Of a stretch of 64,000 bases of DNA, positions 1 through 10,147 are shown in pieces (position 1 is the stretch's first letter; each line of letters opens with the position of its first letter). The translations under genes and the position numbers were made by a program. The notes under the pieces are model-generated. The model had not been told where the DNA came from. It was given only the letters and a program-made list of their open reading frames with translations, and did not search any database. The stretch comes from Thermofilaceae archaeon (GTDB lineage Archaea > Thermoproteota > Thermoprotei > Thermofilales > Thermofilaceae), in assembly GCA_038861545.1 (NCBI GenBank), contig JAWCCZ010000001.1:480001-544000 (forward strand), given 5' to 3'.

Positions 1-611
1 CGCATTAACTCGAAACCTGTAACACCCCCTACGGCTTCGTAAGCAGGCGATAGAATATTGTTTTCCGATGCGACCACGTAAGCCCCAAACCTTACTCGAG
101 TTTTCTCAACGATAACCTCTCCTCCCTCACTGCTCACAAAAACTCTTCTATCCAGTGTATCCCCATAGAATATCTGTGAATCTTTTATTGTAAGGCTACG
201 TGATCTCATCAGCTTCTCAAGCTCTAAAACAAGCTTAGCTTTCTCGCCTGGATCAACATCAGCTGGGTTTTCTGTAATTTTAGCTCTTAAGTTAACCCTG
301 CAGATAGGGGTTTCTGCAAGTCTAGCTTTCCTTCTCCTAGCACCTAACGAAGTTTTCGCCATTTTAAACGCGTTGGTAACGGCTTTCCTTAATTCAGCCT
401 CCTTTACGATTTCTGTTGAAGAAAAACCCCAAGCTCCTTCGATGAGAACCCTTATCCCTACTCCTTTTCTTCTAGAAATTGATGCTCCCTCCACATTACC
501 ATTCCTTACAGAAATACTTGAAACATCCAATTCTTGTAAACGTACATCAGCATAAGATGCGCCCATACTGCATACCTCTTCAATTATTTTATGTAAAAGG
601 TCCACGTCCAT
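1..611 (-). CDS. tldD: TldD/PmbA family metalloprotease, N-terminal part (runs off window start)
   Basis: Not in ORF track. Manual translation from ATG at 611: MDVDLLHKIIEEVCSMGASYADVRLQELDVSSISVRNGNVEGASISRRKGVGIRVLIEGAWGFSST, the typical TldD N-terminus (YADVR, G.GIRV..GAWGF). Confidence 0.85.
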   Translation of the reverse strand, partial: MDVDLLHKIIEEVCSMGASYADVRLQELDVSSISVRNGNVEGASISRRKGVGIRVLIEGAWGFSSTEIVKEAELRKAVTNAFKMAKTSLGARRRKARLAETPICRVNLRAKITENPADVDPGEKAKLVLELEKLMRSRSLTIKDSQIFYGDTLDRRVFVSSEGGEVIVEKTRVRFGAYVVASENNILSPAYEAVGGVTGFELM

Positions 612-839
612 GATGTAAAGTTCATCGATATTCATTTAAACTTTTTGAATTTTTTAACATATAATAAAACTTACACTCCAAATTAACCAGTATAAGTATA
701 CTTACCAGCACAGCAATGAATGGGGTTAAATGTGTTCTTAAGACATGTCGCAGCCATAGTTACAAGCTAGTTTTTCCATTTAAAAACAGTTAAATGGTAG
801 ATCCCGTGTCAAATTAGATGAAAACCAAGGTGTCAAAGT

Positions 840-1373
840 GTGAATGAAGACTCTGGTAACCTGGTGGATTGTATTGAGAGAATAAAGGAGTTATTAGCGC
901 GGTTTGAGGAAGCTAGGTTTTCGCAAAAGTCAATGGCTGCGACAAAGCTAGCTAGGAAATTAGCTAGTCCTAAGTCGCATGGCGGTGATGCTCGTATTGG
1001 GCTGAGAGTGCACAACATTTGGGGTGATCCCTACACGGTTTGCAGTTCACAAGAGGTGTGGACTCCGCTCCCACTAGCTTATAACTTTGAGGGTACATGG
1101 ATCTATGGGGTAGCCGACCTAGTTCGGTTCAGAAGCAGTAAACCAGTAGAGGTCGTGGAGTTGAAGTACTTTGCAGAGTCCGATAAGTACTCAGAGATTC
1201 AAGTAAAAGTGTACGCTTGGCTTATATCTAAATGCTTTGGGTGTAAGCCTAAGGCTTACTTACTGCTAGGGTGGGACGGCTTAAATTACAAGAGGAAACT
1301 GAAGGTAGAGTATAAGATTCACGATATTGAAAAGAATATTCGTAAAGTTTTGATAAATAACATTCATCTTTAA
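840..1373 (+). CDS. PD-(D/E)XK RecB/Cas4-like nuclease (solo)
   Basis: Motifs G-x2-VH (IGLRVH), IYGVADLV, VVELK, QVKVYAWL (QxxxY); no canonical C-terminal Cas4 Fe-S cysteine cluster. Confidence 0.7.
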   Translation: MNEDSGNLVDCIERIKELLARFEEARFSQKSMAATKLARKLASPKSHGGDARIGLRVHNIWGDPYTVCSSQEVWTPLPLAYNFEGTWIYGVADLVRFRSSKPVEVVELKYFAESDKYSEIQVKVYAWLISKCFGCKPKAYLLLGWDGLNYKRKLKVEYKIHDIEKNIRKVLINNIHL

Positions 1374-1403
1374 AAGAATAACAAATAAATCAATAAAATA
1401 ACT

Positions 1404-3911
1404 TTAACGGTTAGCTTTCTGTATCCGAATTTCTTTCCTAACAGGCATAGCGTTGTGAGCACCTGCTACCACTACTAGAAAGTCCCCTGGCTTCTTTACT
1501 CTTAAAGTGACCTTTCTCTTCTCACCGGGTAACATATCAAAGTAGTTATCATCAGCTACTGCTATGTAATCGTTAAGGACATCTATGTACACAAGTCGAG
1601 CGAAGCCGTTAGCTTGGATCTCAACATCTATGATTACATCATCTCCTTCTCGCCTAATGTCCCTTACTTCCACCCCTAATGATACCTGTGTAAAGTTTAC
1701 ATCCCTATGCTTCGCCAACAGTAAAGTATTCCTGGAAAAGCCCCCGTCATACTCGAGTTTAAAATGTAGAACTTGTTTAACTGGTTCTTTTATAAGTGCG
1801 AAGGAAGTATACTTGGCCACGACCACTGAAGAGTTGGGAGGAGCTAACACTTCTTTTCTTTCCTCGCTTATAACCTTGCCCTCAGTTGTATCTATCATAG
1901 TAACTGTAAGCGTACCCTTAACAGCTCTCAGTTCATCGTTTACAATCCATACTTCTATTTCATTGTTTCTTTTCAGCGGTGAAACTATTACTGGGGCCAT
2001 AGCCCTTTTAACAGCGTAGTAGCCCATTTTCGGCCTTCCATAGTAATCCACTGTTTCCCAGCATGCGTTTGGCCACGGAGCGTTAAAGCTCCAGTATAGG
2101 GCACCTCCACAGATGAATTTCCTCCGCCTACAGTGCTCAATCGCTATCCGCAGCGCCTCTGCTTGAACCAATTGAGTTAGGAATATGTAGCTGAAAAGCC
2201 ATCTCGGCTCACCGAAGTCCCTGAGATAGGGTAGCAGTTTATCGGGCACGTGGTAGTGGTAAGTCCAGAGGTCGTTAATAGGCCACAGTTTATCAGGTGG
2301 TAGGAATCTTCTAAGTGTATTAACATGAGGGGCTGCTTGCATCCCGAACTCACTCATAAACCTAGATTCATCCTGCAGGTAACTCTCAATCGGCGCCATA
2401 CCGTGCCAAACGAACCAGTTGTGAGCGTCGCCTGTAACAGAGTCCATTGGACCGTTATCCCCCCATGGGCTTGAAGGTCTATAGGGCCTAGATGGATCAA
2501 GCTTTTTCACAATCCGTGGAGCGACTTCAAAGTCCTTTTTATGCCTGTAAACTCCATAACCACTCGTCATCTCAAGGGCTTCATCCTCGTTATTCCCACA
2601 CCAAAGCATAATTGAGGGGTGATTTCTCAACCTTCTAACTGTAGCTTCTAACTCTTTTTCCACCAACCCAAGAAACTCATCATCTTCAGGGTAATGGCCG
2701 CAAGCAAACTGGAAATCGTGCCAAAGCATTATGCCAAGCTCATCACACAATTCATAGAACTCATCGTACTCAACTAAACCGCCGCCCCAAACCCTTAACA
2801 TATTATGATTCCCTTCAACAGCTAACTTCAAAAGCTCTGCATATCTTTCCTTGCTTAACCTAGAGATTAGCAAGTCTGCAGGGATCCAGTTAGCTCCCTT
2901 ACAGAACACAGGGATTCCATTAACCTTAAAGTAGAACACTCTTCCATTCGGAGCTTCTTTCGACTCCGTAACAAGCTCTACAGTCCTAACACCGAACCTG
3001 AACTTCTGTTCATCCTCAACTTCACCACCTATTCGTAACTCAACACGTGCATCGTACAAGTTTTGCGGCCCGTAACCAACCGGCCACCACAATCTTGGTT
3101 TATCAACTTTTACACGGAACTTATGGTCATTTAAGCCCTTGCTTAACCTAACTGGCGCGGAATACAAAATCCTCGAACCATTGCATACAGCTTCGAATTG
3201 TAACTCTGCCTCGAAATTATCTAAGGATTCAATTTCAACCCAAACCTCTAGCTCGGCCCATTCGTTGCTCACCTGCTTAGTCCAAGTAAAAACATCCCTA
3301 AGTACGGCTTTATCATAGGTCTCTAACCGCACTCCTCTCCATATGCCGACTGTTAACAACTTTACAGCCCAATCCCATCCGTAGTGGTACTGGGCTTTCC
3401 TAGCGTAAACACGAGCATAACTACCGTTCCAGACCAGCGTTTTCTCGCTAAAATCTCCAGCTCTTCTCAGGGTCTCGTACCATGGTGCTCCAAGCCTTAC
3501 AGCTATAGTGTTCCATGTGCCATATTCCAGTTTGTCTGTAACGTCTAAGCGAAGGGGGAGGAACATATCCTCTGACTCAGCAACACGAGTTCCGTTCAAC
3601 CATACAGTGGCGAATGTATCTAATCCCTCGAAAATTAACTCTACTTTTCTCCCTTTGAAATCCTCCGGTACAAAAAAGCGTTTACGGTACCACCAGTCTA
3701 CACACTCAACCCAGTCTCTCTTATCACAGTTATCAGCATAGAAGGGATCCTGGATTAAACCTCTTTCAAGTAAAACCTCGTGTACTTCTCCTGGTACACG
3801 GGCTTCAAACCACCAGGAGTCATCATAATCCTTGGTGAACTGTCCCTCTGGACGGCCGAACTCAAACCACTGCAATCTCCAACTTCCATTTAGACTAATA
3901 GTTTTTCTCAT
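1404..3911 (-). CDS. Beta-mannosidase, glycoside hydrolase family 2
   Basis: LIFEGLDTFA, YGWDW, FCKGANWIP, NMLRVWGGG, WHDFQFAC, WCGNNE (acid/base), SEFG (nucleophile). Confidence 0.92.
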   Translation of the reverse strand: MRKTISLNGSWRLQWFEFGRPEGQFTKDYDDSWWFEARVPGEVHEVLLERGLIQDPFYADNCDKRDWVECVDWWYRKRFFVPEDFKGRKVELIFEGLDTFATVWLNGTRVAESEDMFLPLRLDVTDKLEYGTWNTIAVRLGAPWYETLRRAGDFSEKTLVWNGSYARVYARKAQYHYGWDWAVKLLTVGIWRGVRLETYDKAVLRDVFTWTKQVSNEWAELEVWVEIESLDNFEAELQFEAVCNGSRILYSAPVRLSKGLNDHKFRVKVDKPRLWWPVGYGPQNLYDARVELRIGGEVEDEQKFRFGVRTVELVTESKEAPNGRVFYFKVNGIPVFCKGANWIPADLLISRLSKERYAELLKLAVEGNHNMLRVWGGGLVEYDEFYELCDELGIMLWHDFQFACGHYPEDDEFLGLVEKELEATVRRLRNHPSIMLWCGNNEDEALEMTSGYGVYRHKKDFEVAPRIVKKLDPSRPYRPSSPWGDNGPMDSVTGDAHNWFVWHGMAPIESYLQDESRFMSEFGMQAAPHVNTLRRFLPPDKLWPINDLWTYHYHVPDKLLPYLRDFGEPRWLFSYIFLTQLVQAEALRIAIEHCRRRKFICGGALYWSFNAPWPNACWETVDYYGRPKMGYYAVKRAMAPVIVSPLKRNNEIEVWIVNDELRAVKGTLTVTMIDTTEGKVISEERKEVLAPPNSSVVVAKYTSFALIKEPVKQVLHFKLEYDGGFSRNTLLLAKHRDVNFTQVSLGVEVRDIRREGDDVIIDVEIQANGFARLVYIDVLNDYIAVADDNYFDMLPGEKRKVTLRVKKPGDFLVVVAGAHNAMPVRKEIRIQKANR

Positions 3912-4031
3912 ACTTCAACACGTAAGGGGCTTAAATACTTGTTAAAAACCATTGCTCAGCTTCATGTAAGACTGTAAGCTTTCATAGAATTTATAACCCT
4001 TAAATTAGGGGTAAAATTATTATTTTAAAAA

Positions 4032-4403
4032 TTACATCGGTGCAGATAGAGTTTTTACAAGCTCATTAACTGTTTTCTCCCCCTCTTTTGTCAACGTTAC
4101 ACAGATTCTAGAAGGGGTGGAGAAAACTCGCGCTAACCCAACTTCTTCGAGGTCTCTTAAGAGCTCTAAAGCATACCGAGTATTCAAGCTAACTTTATTT
4201 GAAATACGAGTTATTGAAGCAGCTTTCCCCAGTTCATACAAGGCTAAAAGGGCTTCCAAATGCCTTACTCCGAGTCGTTTCCCATCAGTGTCCTCCTCGT
4301 TCACTAAGGGAATTTTTATCCTGTGTAGAGCGTTAAACACAGAAACAAGACAGCGAGCCTCTCTATAACCTCTGAGTAGTTCTTCACATGATTTTTCAAG
4401 CAT
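4032..4403 (-). CDS. Winged helix-turn-helix (MarR-like) protein
   Basis: LLALYELGKAASITRIS...LRDLEEVGL...VTLTKEG wHTH signature. Confidence 0.65.
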   Translation of the reverse strand: MLEKSCEELLRGYREARCLVSVFNALHRIKIPLVNEEDTDGKRLGVRHLEALLALYELGKAASITRISNKVSLNTRYALELLRDLEEVGLARVFSTPSRICVTLTKEGEKTVNELVKTLSAPM

Positions 4404-4597
4404 TATGTAGGAACAATCACCAGCAATAAAAGCTTTATGTAGAAGAATTTTTAGTTTTTCCCGGTTATTTTATCAGTTTCAATATTATCATACCTTATAA
4501 TTAAAAAATCATTTGAATAGCAATAGTTTAAATCTAAAGGTTTCCATTATAAGTTTTAAATAGTAAAATTGAGATTACTTATTTTTTCGGTTAATAT

Positions 4598-4801
4598 TTA
4601 TGAACAATTGATTGAGGAAGAGTTGAGTATACTTAGAATCTTAACTCTCAGCTGAGTATCAGAGGAATTTAAGATAGCTTTAAAACCTCTTAACCGGGAA
4701 GCGAGGAGACATAATATGACTACCCCTTGTTCTGAACCTACATACTCTATAACTTTTCTCGCAGCCATTACTCCTCTATCTATTTCTCTGTTTTGAGCCA
4801 T
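4598..4801 (-). pseudogene. Possible truncated HxlR-like HTH gene
   Basis: VIEYVG..GVVILCLL...GFKAI resembles an HxlR N-terminus; reading past the stop gives ILTEKISNL; AT-rich surroundings. Confidence 0.25.
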
Positions 4802-4867
4802 ACTCTGGTATATAATAATCTATACCCATTTTATATAAAGTTTACCGCTCTGATTGAGGCATGGAAA

Positions 4868-5176
4868 CTAGTTCATTAACCGGTTAGTCTCCCGTATCGA
4901 GGCTTCTAGATCCTTAGCCATTTTTTCAAGTTGTTTTGCAACATTGTAACCTAGATCAGTTAAGTAGAGCAATCGCGCTTTCCCAGTAGGCACTTCACCA
5001 ATTAAATTCCATGTCTTAAGTTTTTCAACTATTTCATTAAGTTTTCCGGAATCCGGTTCTATTCTACGGAAGTGTGACAGTAATAGTGCTCCAGACTTTG
5101 TCCATAGAAGAGCCAATAGGATTGCTATTTCTCTCCATCCTAGTTCAAAGCTCCTTTCACCAGCTTTTATTCGCAC
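4868..5176 (-). CDS. Winged helix-turn-helix protein
   Basis: EIVEKLKTWNLIGEVPTGKARLLYLTDLG wing motif. Confidence 0.65.
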   Translation of the reverse strand: MRIKAGERSFELGWREIAILLALLWTKSGALLLSHFRRIEPDSGKLNEIVEKLKTWNLIGEVPTGKARLLYLTDLGYNVAKQLEKMAKDLEASIRETNRLMN

Positions 5177-5405
5177 TTTACATCACTTTCTTCCGGAAGA
5201 GTGAAACTCAAATAGTTGATAGTTTAGAATGAGGCGAACCCGGCAATTTTCCCTGTGGTTACTTTCCCCCTTTTCAGAGAGGACTACCATGGTTTGCCAT
5301 TCCCCTACTTTGAATTTATTGGACATATTACACCAAGCAATACTGATCTACATCGAAAAAAGATAAATATTTATCTAGATAAAGCGTAACTGTATACCGA
5401 ATATT

Positions 5406-6929
5406 ATGAGAGGCCCTCTAAACGTTAAAATGCTGTGTTTTAGTTTCTTAGTGAATGGTTTTCTATTCTTATCTCTCTTAACACCTTTAGCTTATACTCA
5501 GATAATACAGAAAGAGGCTTTAGTGAAGATAGATTTAGTCTGGCTTAAGGTCGGCGTAACCATACCCCAAGAACTCGTTGCAACAAGAGAATACACGTTA
5601 CCGATCACTGTAAGAATAACTGAAGTTGAGGGAGACCTTAAGGTTTTCTACTTGAAAGGTATACGCTTTCTATTGGATAATAGCCTACTTGAATACGTCC
5701 CTGATACCCCAGTGCTGTTAAGAGTTGGGGAAACACAAACCCTCTCCGTGAAGATTACTCCAAAGTTTTTTGCGCAACAAATGGCGCCTGGGGACATAAG
5801 GGATTCAAGCCTACGTATCGATATTTCCTATTACTCGGAGGTTACCCCGAAAGCTGGTCAAACAATTGCAAACTCAGGCTACTACTCTGTTTTCGCTAGT
5901 ATTCCCGTGACGGTTTTAGCTCCTATGACGTACGTTCACGTGCAACCTAGCCTTAGCGAAAGCTATGAACCATACGTTATAACCTTCAATGTAAAAGTAT
6001 GGGTGGGAGGGGAAGGCTTTATTGAAAATGCTAAAGTCGAGGTCACGGGTGCACCAGTTCAATGCTACTTACTAACTACAGGTAAGATACATGCTGGTGA
6101 ATCGAAGGTCATAAGTACGCTTATGAACGTCTCTGAGCTGGGTCTTTTCGCTAAAACGAAATACAGTGCAGAAGTGAAAGTTTCAGCGACTACGCCTTGG
6201 GGCTATATTTACAGTTACAGCTACCCGGTAACGATTGAGGTAAGGCCGATAAGGAAAGCACAGGTAACGGCTCCCTCGTTGGCGGTTGCTAACTCGCTTA
6301 CACCGGTAACTGTAACTTTAGTTCCACCTCAGGAGAGCGGAGAAAGCGTTACTGCCACAGTTTATTGGAACAAGCAGTTAGTATACTCTGGATCCTACAG
6401 CTCGACTCTATACGTGTCTTTGCCTGAAGGCGAAGGAGAGCTCATCGTTCGAGTAGACTCTAACAAGTATACCCCAGCCACTGCTAGCACCAAGCTGACG
6501 ACAGTAGCTGCGCAGCCAAAGGTCAGCGCGTGGGTAACTGGTTCCACACTTCAGTTCCAAGCGGCACCCCTGTACTCCGGTGCAGTGGTAGAGGTAAGAA
6601 TAACCGATAGCACTGGTAGCGTAGTTGCGTCCAATGTTTACCCCGCCGAAACTCTTCCAAAGAGAACAACTGATGTCAATGGGGCGACAGCTATAGGGGT
6701 TTCCGGTAATTACCCATTAGATCTTAAACCGGGCTCCTACACAATAACTGTTAGTTACACTTCTAGGATGGGGTCAGCTACATCGCCCTCCATAATTTAT
6801 GAGGTAGCCTCCCCCTCTTCTCCATTGTCTATCCTTGAGCTGTTAACTACGCAACCTCTTCTGCTTATAGGATTAATAGCTGCTGTTGTTATTGTCATTG
6901 TAGTGATAGCGATTAGAAGGCGCGGATAA
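5406..6929 (+). CDS. Membrane-anchored surface protein (signal peptide, beta-rich Ig-like domains, C-terminal TM plus RRRG), first gene of pilus locus
   Basis: N-terminal hydrophobic signal, S/T/V-rich beta strands, C-terminal LLLIGLIAAVVIVIVVIAIRRR; stop overlaps next ATG (TAATG). Confidence 0.7.
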   Translation: MRGPLNVKMLCFSFLVNGFLFLSLLTPLAYTQIIQKEALVKIDLVWLKVGVTIPQELVATREYTLPITVRITEVEGDLKVFYLKGIRFLLDNSLLEYVPDTPVLLRVGETQTLSVKITPKFFAQQMAPGDIRDSSLRIDISYYSEVTPKAGQTIANSGYYSVFASIPVTVLAPMTYVHVQPSLSESYEPYVITFNVKVWVGGEGFIENAKVEVTGAPVQCYLLTTGKIHAGESKVISTLMNVSELGLFAKTKYSAEVKVSATTPWGYIYSYSYPVTIEVRPIRKAQVTAPSLAVANSLTPVTVTLVPPQESGESVTATVYWNKQLVYSGSYSSTLYVSLPEGEGELIVRVDSNKYTPATASTKLTTVAAQPKVSAWVTGSTLQFQAAPLYSGAVVEVRITDSTGSVVASNVYPAETLPKRTTDVNGATAIGVSGNYPLDLKPGSYTITVSYTSRMGSATSPSIIYEVASPSSPLSILELLTTQPLLLIGLIAAVVIVIVVIAIRRRG

Positions 6930-7801
6930 TGAGGCTCATGTCTCTACACTGTGGAACTCTGGATAGGGTATTTTTCAAACTTTATGGGAGGCTTCCTGAA
7001 ATAAAAGCCAAGGAAGGTATATCTACAGTCATAGCAACTGTAATCATAACCGGTATAATGTTAACGGTAGTAACCGTTGCGCTGTACTATTCCACCTCAC
7101 TCATAGACATGAACAAACAGTTTATGGAGTATGAAAACGTTAAAGGGTTGCTCACCTATGCTGCTACAGCCTTAGAACAGGTGTCATTCGGAACCGGCGG
7201 TTCAAGGTACGTTAGATTCAGCCTTACAAGCACCCGTATTAACTTTGAAACACGCTCTGAAACGCTAAGGGTAAAGATAAATAATGTAGAGGTTAGCGAA
7301 GCGGTATTCAAACCGGGTAGAATAGTAGCCTGTGGAGGAGCTCTTGTTACAACTGTACCACGCCTACTCTACCCGGAGAACTCAACCTACGGGGCTCTGG
7401 AGCACGCACTGGAAAAGCTCATTGTAGGCCCGGGAGAGAGCACTGTAATCGTTTACGAGAACTTCACAAAGGGTGCCTGCGCCTTTATGGAAACCTACAG
7501 GGTAAGGGTTATCTACAACGGCAACATCACTGTAAAGGAGGAGGGAGTAAATAGAAATTACAACTTCTACACTGTCCACGTACTCAAGCTTGGCTTTAAA
7601 ACAGTCGGCGGCTCAGGGACAATTCCAGTGGTTTTCAGAAACATTAGAGAAACAGTGATCGAGAGGAGGACGTCCAGCCAGGTTAGCTTAACCGTTGAGC
7701 TAGGGCCTAAGTATTGTACTACAAGGCTACCGGGCAAAGAAGACGCTGACGGCTCAATCGTCATAGTTAAGATAACCGAGATAGAGGTAAGCACAGCGTG
7801 A
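6929..7801 (+). CDS. Minor type IV pilin-like protein
   Basis: Class III signal KAKEG/ISTVIATVIITGIMLTVV; exact start uncertain. Confidence 0.75.
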   Translation: MRLMSLHCGTLDRVFFKLYGRLPEIKAKEGISTVIATVIITGIMLTVVTVALYYSTSLIDMNKQFMEYENVKGLLTYAATALEQVSFGTGGSRYVRFSLTSTRINFETRSETLRVKINNVEVSEAVFKPGRIVACGGALVTTVPRLLYPENSTYGALEHALEKLIVGPGESTVIVYENFTKGACAFMETYRVRVIYNGNITVKEEGVNRNYNFYTVHVLKLGFKTVGGSGTIPVVFRNIRETVIERRTSSQVSLTVELGPKYCTTRLPGKEDADGSIVIVKITEIEVSTA

Positions 7802-7805
7802 AACT

Positions 7806-8318
7806 ATGCCGAGCCCAGTAATCTCCCACTTGATAGGAACCTTAACTATGCTGGGAGTAGCTTTACTAATTTTATCCGCTTTCTCCTTCACTTACTTCAC
7901 AGCCTACATGCAGTCGGTAAACCTGATGCTGGCCGAAACAGCTGAAAGCGTAGCTAGGGAGATAGTAGAGCTGGTCTCAGTGCAGACGCTGGGTGGAGGC
8001 GAATACACATACATGTATCTAACAGTCCCCGACGCCTTGGGCAGGCAACCGTACAGCGTCAGGCTCCAAGAACTATCGGAGAACAAACTTTTAGTTAATG
8101 CTAGTTTGCAGATCTACTACCAGGTTAGGGTTGTTGTAACTCCAAACTTCGGGCAAAACCCCGTGCACGCTGTTAGAGGGGTTGTCACCGTGGCGGGTAT
8201 TCAGGTATCGGACACTATTCTGTTACCTCTTCCCTTAGGCTATAAACCCGCTATAGTAGCTTTCAGAGAGGGAGAGTATATCTACGTAGGTTTCACTGCA
8301 GTGCGGAGAGAAAGCTAA
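7806..8318 (+). CDS. Pilin-like protein
   Basis: N-terminal MPSPVISHLIGTLTMLGVALLIL hydrophobic helix within the pilin cluster. Confidence 0.6.
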   Translation: MPSPVISHLIGTLTMLGVALLILSAFSFTYFTAYMQSVNLMLAETAESVAREIVELVSVQTLGGGEYTYMYLTVPDALGRQPYSVRLQELSENKLLVNASLQIYYQVRVVVTPNFGQNPVHAVRGVVTVAGIQVSDTILLPLPLGYKPAIVAFREGEYIYVGFTAVRRES

Positions 8319-8360
8319 GTTAATATAGCTGTAATATAACTGTTTTAATTGGTGTAGAGG

Positions 8361-9635
8361 GTGGAGGTTACTCTAGAATACTTAGCGGTTGGTTTGCTTA
8401 TAATAGTTTTAATCCTTGTAGCTAACCAAATGATCGGTGCCTCTGTTGGGGCTCTCGAACCCGTTCGGGAAGAGCAGCTATATACTGTTGCCGAACGGGT
8501 GATGGATAAAATACTGTTAACTCCAGGTTACCCGTCTGACTGGGGGACAAACATCATGGTGACTTCTGACACTCTTCAAGACTTCGGTATAGCATTACAG
8601 GGAACCCGTTCACCTTACGTCGTCGACCCTGATAAGGTGATGCGGTTGGCTAACCTTAGCACGCTACCGAACCCGTTGCTCATGAACCGCTCCCGATTCG
8701 CGGAGCTTTTAGGCTTATCCAGGGAATACGGTTTCCGCTTTGTAATGAAACCGATGATCGGGATTCAGATCACGTCAACCGGTGTCTGCTACCCGGTTAA
8801 GCCGGGCGTCTGCTACCCCGCGGTGTTCAACGTGAGGGTGTACAACTACTACGACATAGGCTTGCCTAACGCTAACGTGACGGGAATATATGTAATCGTG
8901 AAGGTGGTCCCAGGCAATAACCCCAACGAAGGGGATTTAGAGGTAAAGAACATTTCCTCGATATCCACGTTGACTGACGCGCTGGGAATGTGCACGCTAA
9001 ACTTCTACAACTACCTCGAAGATTACTTTACCCGAGAGGGTGATAACAGAAACGTGAAATGGTACTACTCTTTCCTCGTAGTCTACGCTGAGTGGCAGGG
9101 CTTCGCCAGCGTAGCGGGCTACGCAACCACTACTCAAGGTGACGCTCCTGTTGAAGGCTACATCATAGGTAACTACATATTTGTCCACAGGGATATTGAT
9201 ATAGTTGAAGTTCGCGGGCAGGGTAAGAAAAATGCTGGCGCTGTGCATACTAAAGAGTCTCTTATACAAGTGCTTCCCTTATACGAAAGCTTGCTTAACG
9301 TAACGAAACTTGAATGGTGCCGGGATAGCTTAGGGAATTTTAGGAATGATGTCCCACTCTGTAACACTGCGGGGAGCGTGTTGCCTTCAGCTAAGCAATG
9401 GTACCTGATAGGGTACCTCGATTACGTTGAGCAGCTTTCCTCACACGTCTTCATATTCGCTAAGTATAGAGGTGACCCAGTGGCTATAGTCATAAACAGG
9501 ATACCCAATATAGATATTGGAGCCGGGGGGAGCGCACCCGCTAACTCAGTGACCGTTAGAAGGCTAGCCCAGATATTCAACTACCCTTACATAGTCGAGC
9601 TAACCATATGGCGCAAGGTTGAAGGTTACCCGTAG
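8361..9635 (+). CDS. Large minor pilin-like protein
   Basis: N-terminal MEVTLEYLAVGLLIIVLIL (resembles the xxxLEY pilin mature N-terminus); LLTPGYPSDWG motif seen in archaeal pilus accessory proteins. Confidence 0.7.
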   Translation: MEVTLEYLAVGLLIIVLILVANQMIGASVGALEPVREEQLYTVAERVMDKILLTPGYPSDWGTNIMVTSDTLQDFGIALQGTRSPYVVDPDKVMRLANLSTLPNPLLMNRSRFAELLGLSREYGFRFVMKPMIGIQITSTGVCYPVKPGVCYPAVFNVRVYNYYDIGLPNANVTGIYVIVKVVPGNNPNEGDLEVKNISSISTLTDALGMCTLNFYNYLEDYFTREGDNRNVKWYYSFLVVYAEWQGFASVAGYATTTQGDAPVEGYIIGNYIFVHRDIDIVEVRGQGKKNAGAVHTKESLIQVLPLYESLLNVTKLEWCRDSLGNFRNDVPLCNTAGSVLPSAKQWYLIGYLDYVEQLSSHVFIFAKYRGDPVAIVINRIPNIDIGAGGSAPANSVTVRRLAQIFNYPYIVELTIWRKVEGYP

Positions 9636-10143
9636 CTCGGTGCTCATCTTGAACTATGGAAAAGGTCAGACTAGGGTAATCGAAGTAGTGTTAGCTACGT
9701 TCATAGTCGTCGCCGTGATAATTATGGTAATGTCTTTTACTAGACCTTTAAAGAGCGTGTACATTAGGGAGACAAGCGACCTCCGTAGGCTGGCTTACAA
9801 TCTCCTCAACAATATGGCGGAAGCCGGAATATATGAAAGGGTTGTTGGACCAGCCCTCCTCAGTGGGTCGGCTGGGTGGAACGATACTCTCAACTTCTTC
9901 ATAATGAGTAACCTTCCCCCAGGGCTAGTATACTACATGAGCGTTAGCAAGGTGGACTTTGATTACAGCAATGGAGCGGTGACTTTCGTGCCGTTAGGCT
10001 ACGTAGCCAATCCACCGGACTTCTATAGTAAACCGCTTTACGAAGCTGAAAGCTTGAAATTCACGTACGTATGTACAAGTGACCCGGACTCTGTCAGAGC
10101 AACGGTGCTCTATATTGAGTTTACTATAGGCTACTCGGGGTGA
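9619..10143 (+). CDS. Minor type IV pilin-like protein
   Basis: Class III signal GKG/QTRVIEVVLATFIVVAVII. Confidence 0.75.
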   Translation: MKVTRSSVLILNYGKGQTRVIEVVLATFIVVAVIIMVMSFTRPLKSVYIRETSDLRRLAYNLLNNMAEAGIYERVVGPALLSGSAGWNDTLNFFIMSNLPPGLVYYMSVSKVDFDYSNGAVTFVPLGYVANPPDFYSKPLYEAESLKFTYVCTSDPDSVRATVLYIEFTIGYSG

Positions 10144-10147
10144 GCAT

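Noticed and set aside
840-1373. CRISPR-Cas locus suggested by the Cas4-like gene
   Set aside because: No repeat-spacer array or other cas genes seen anywhere in the window.
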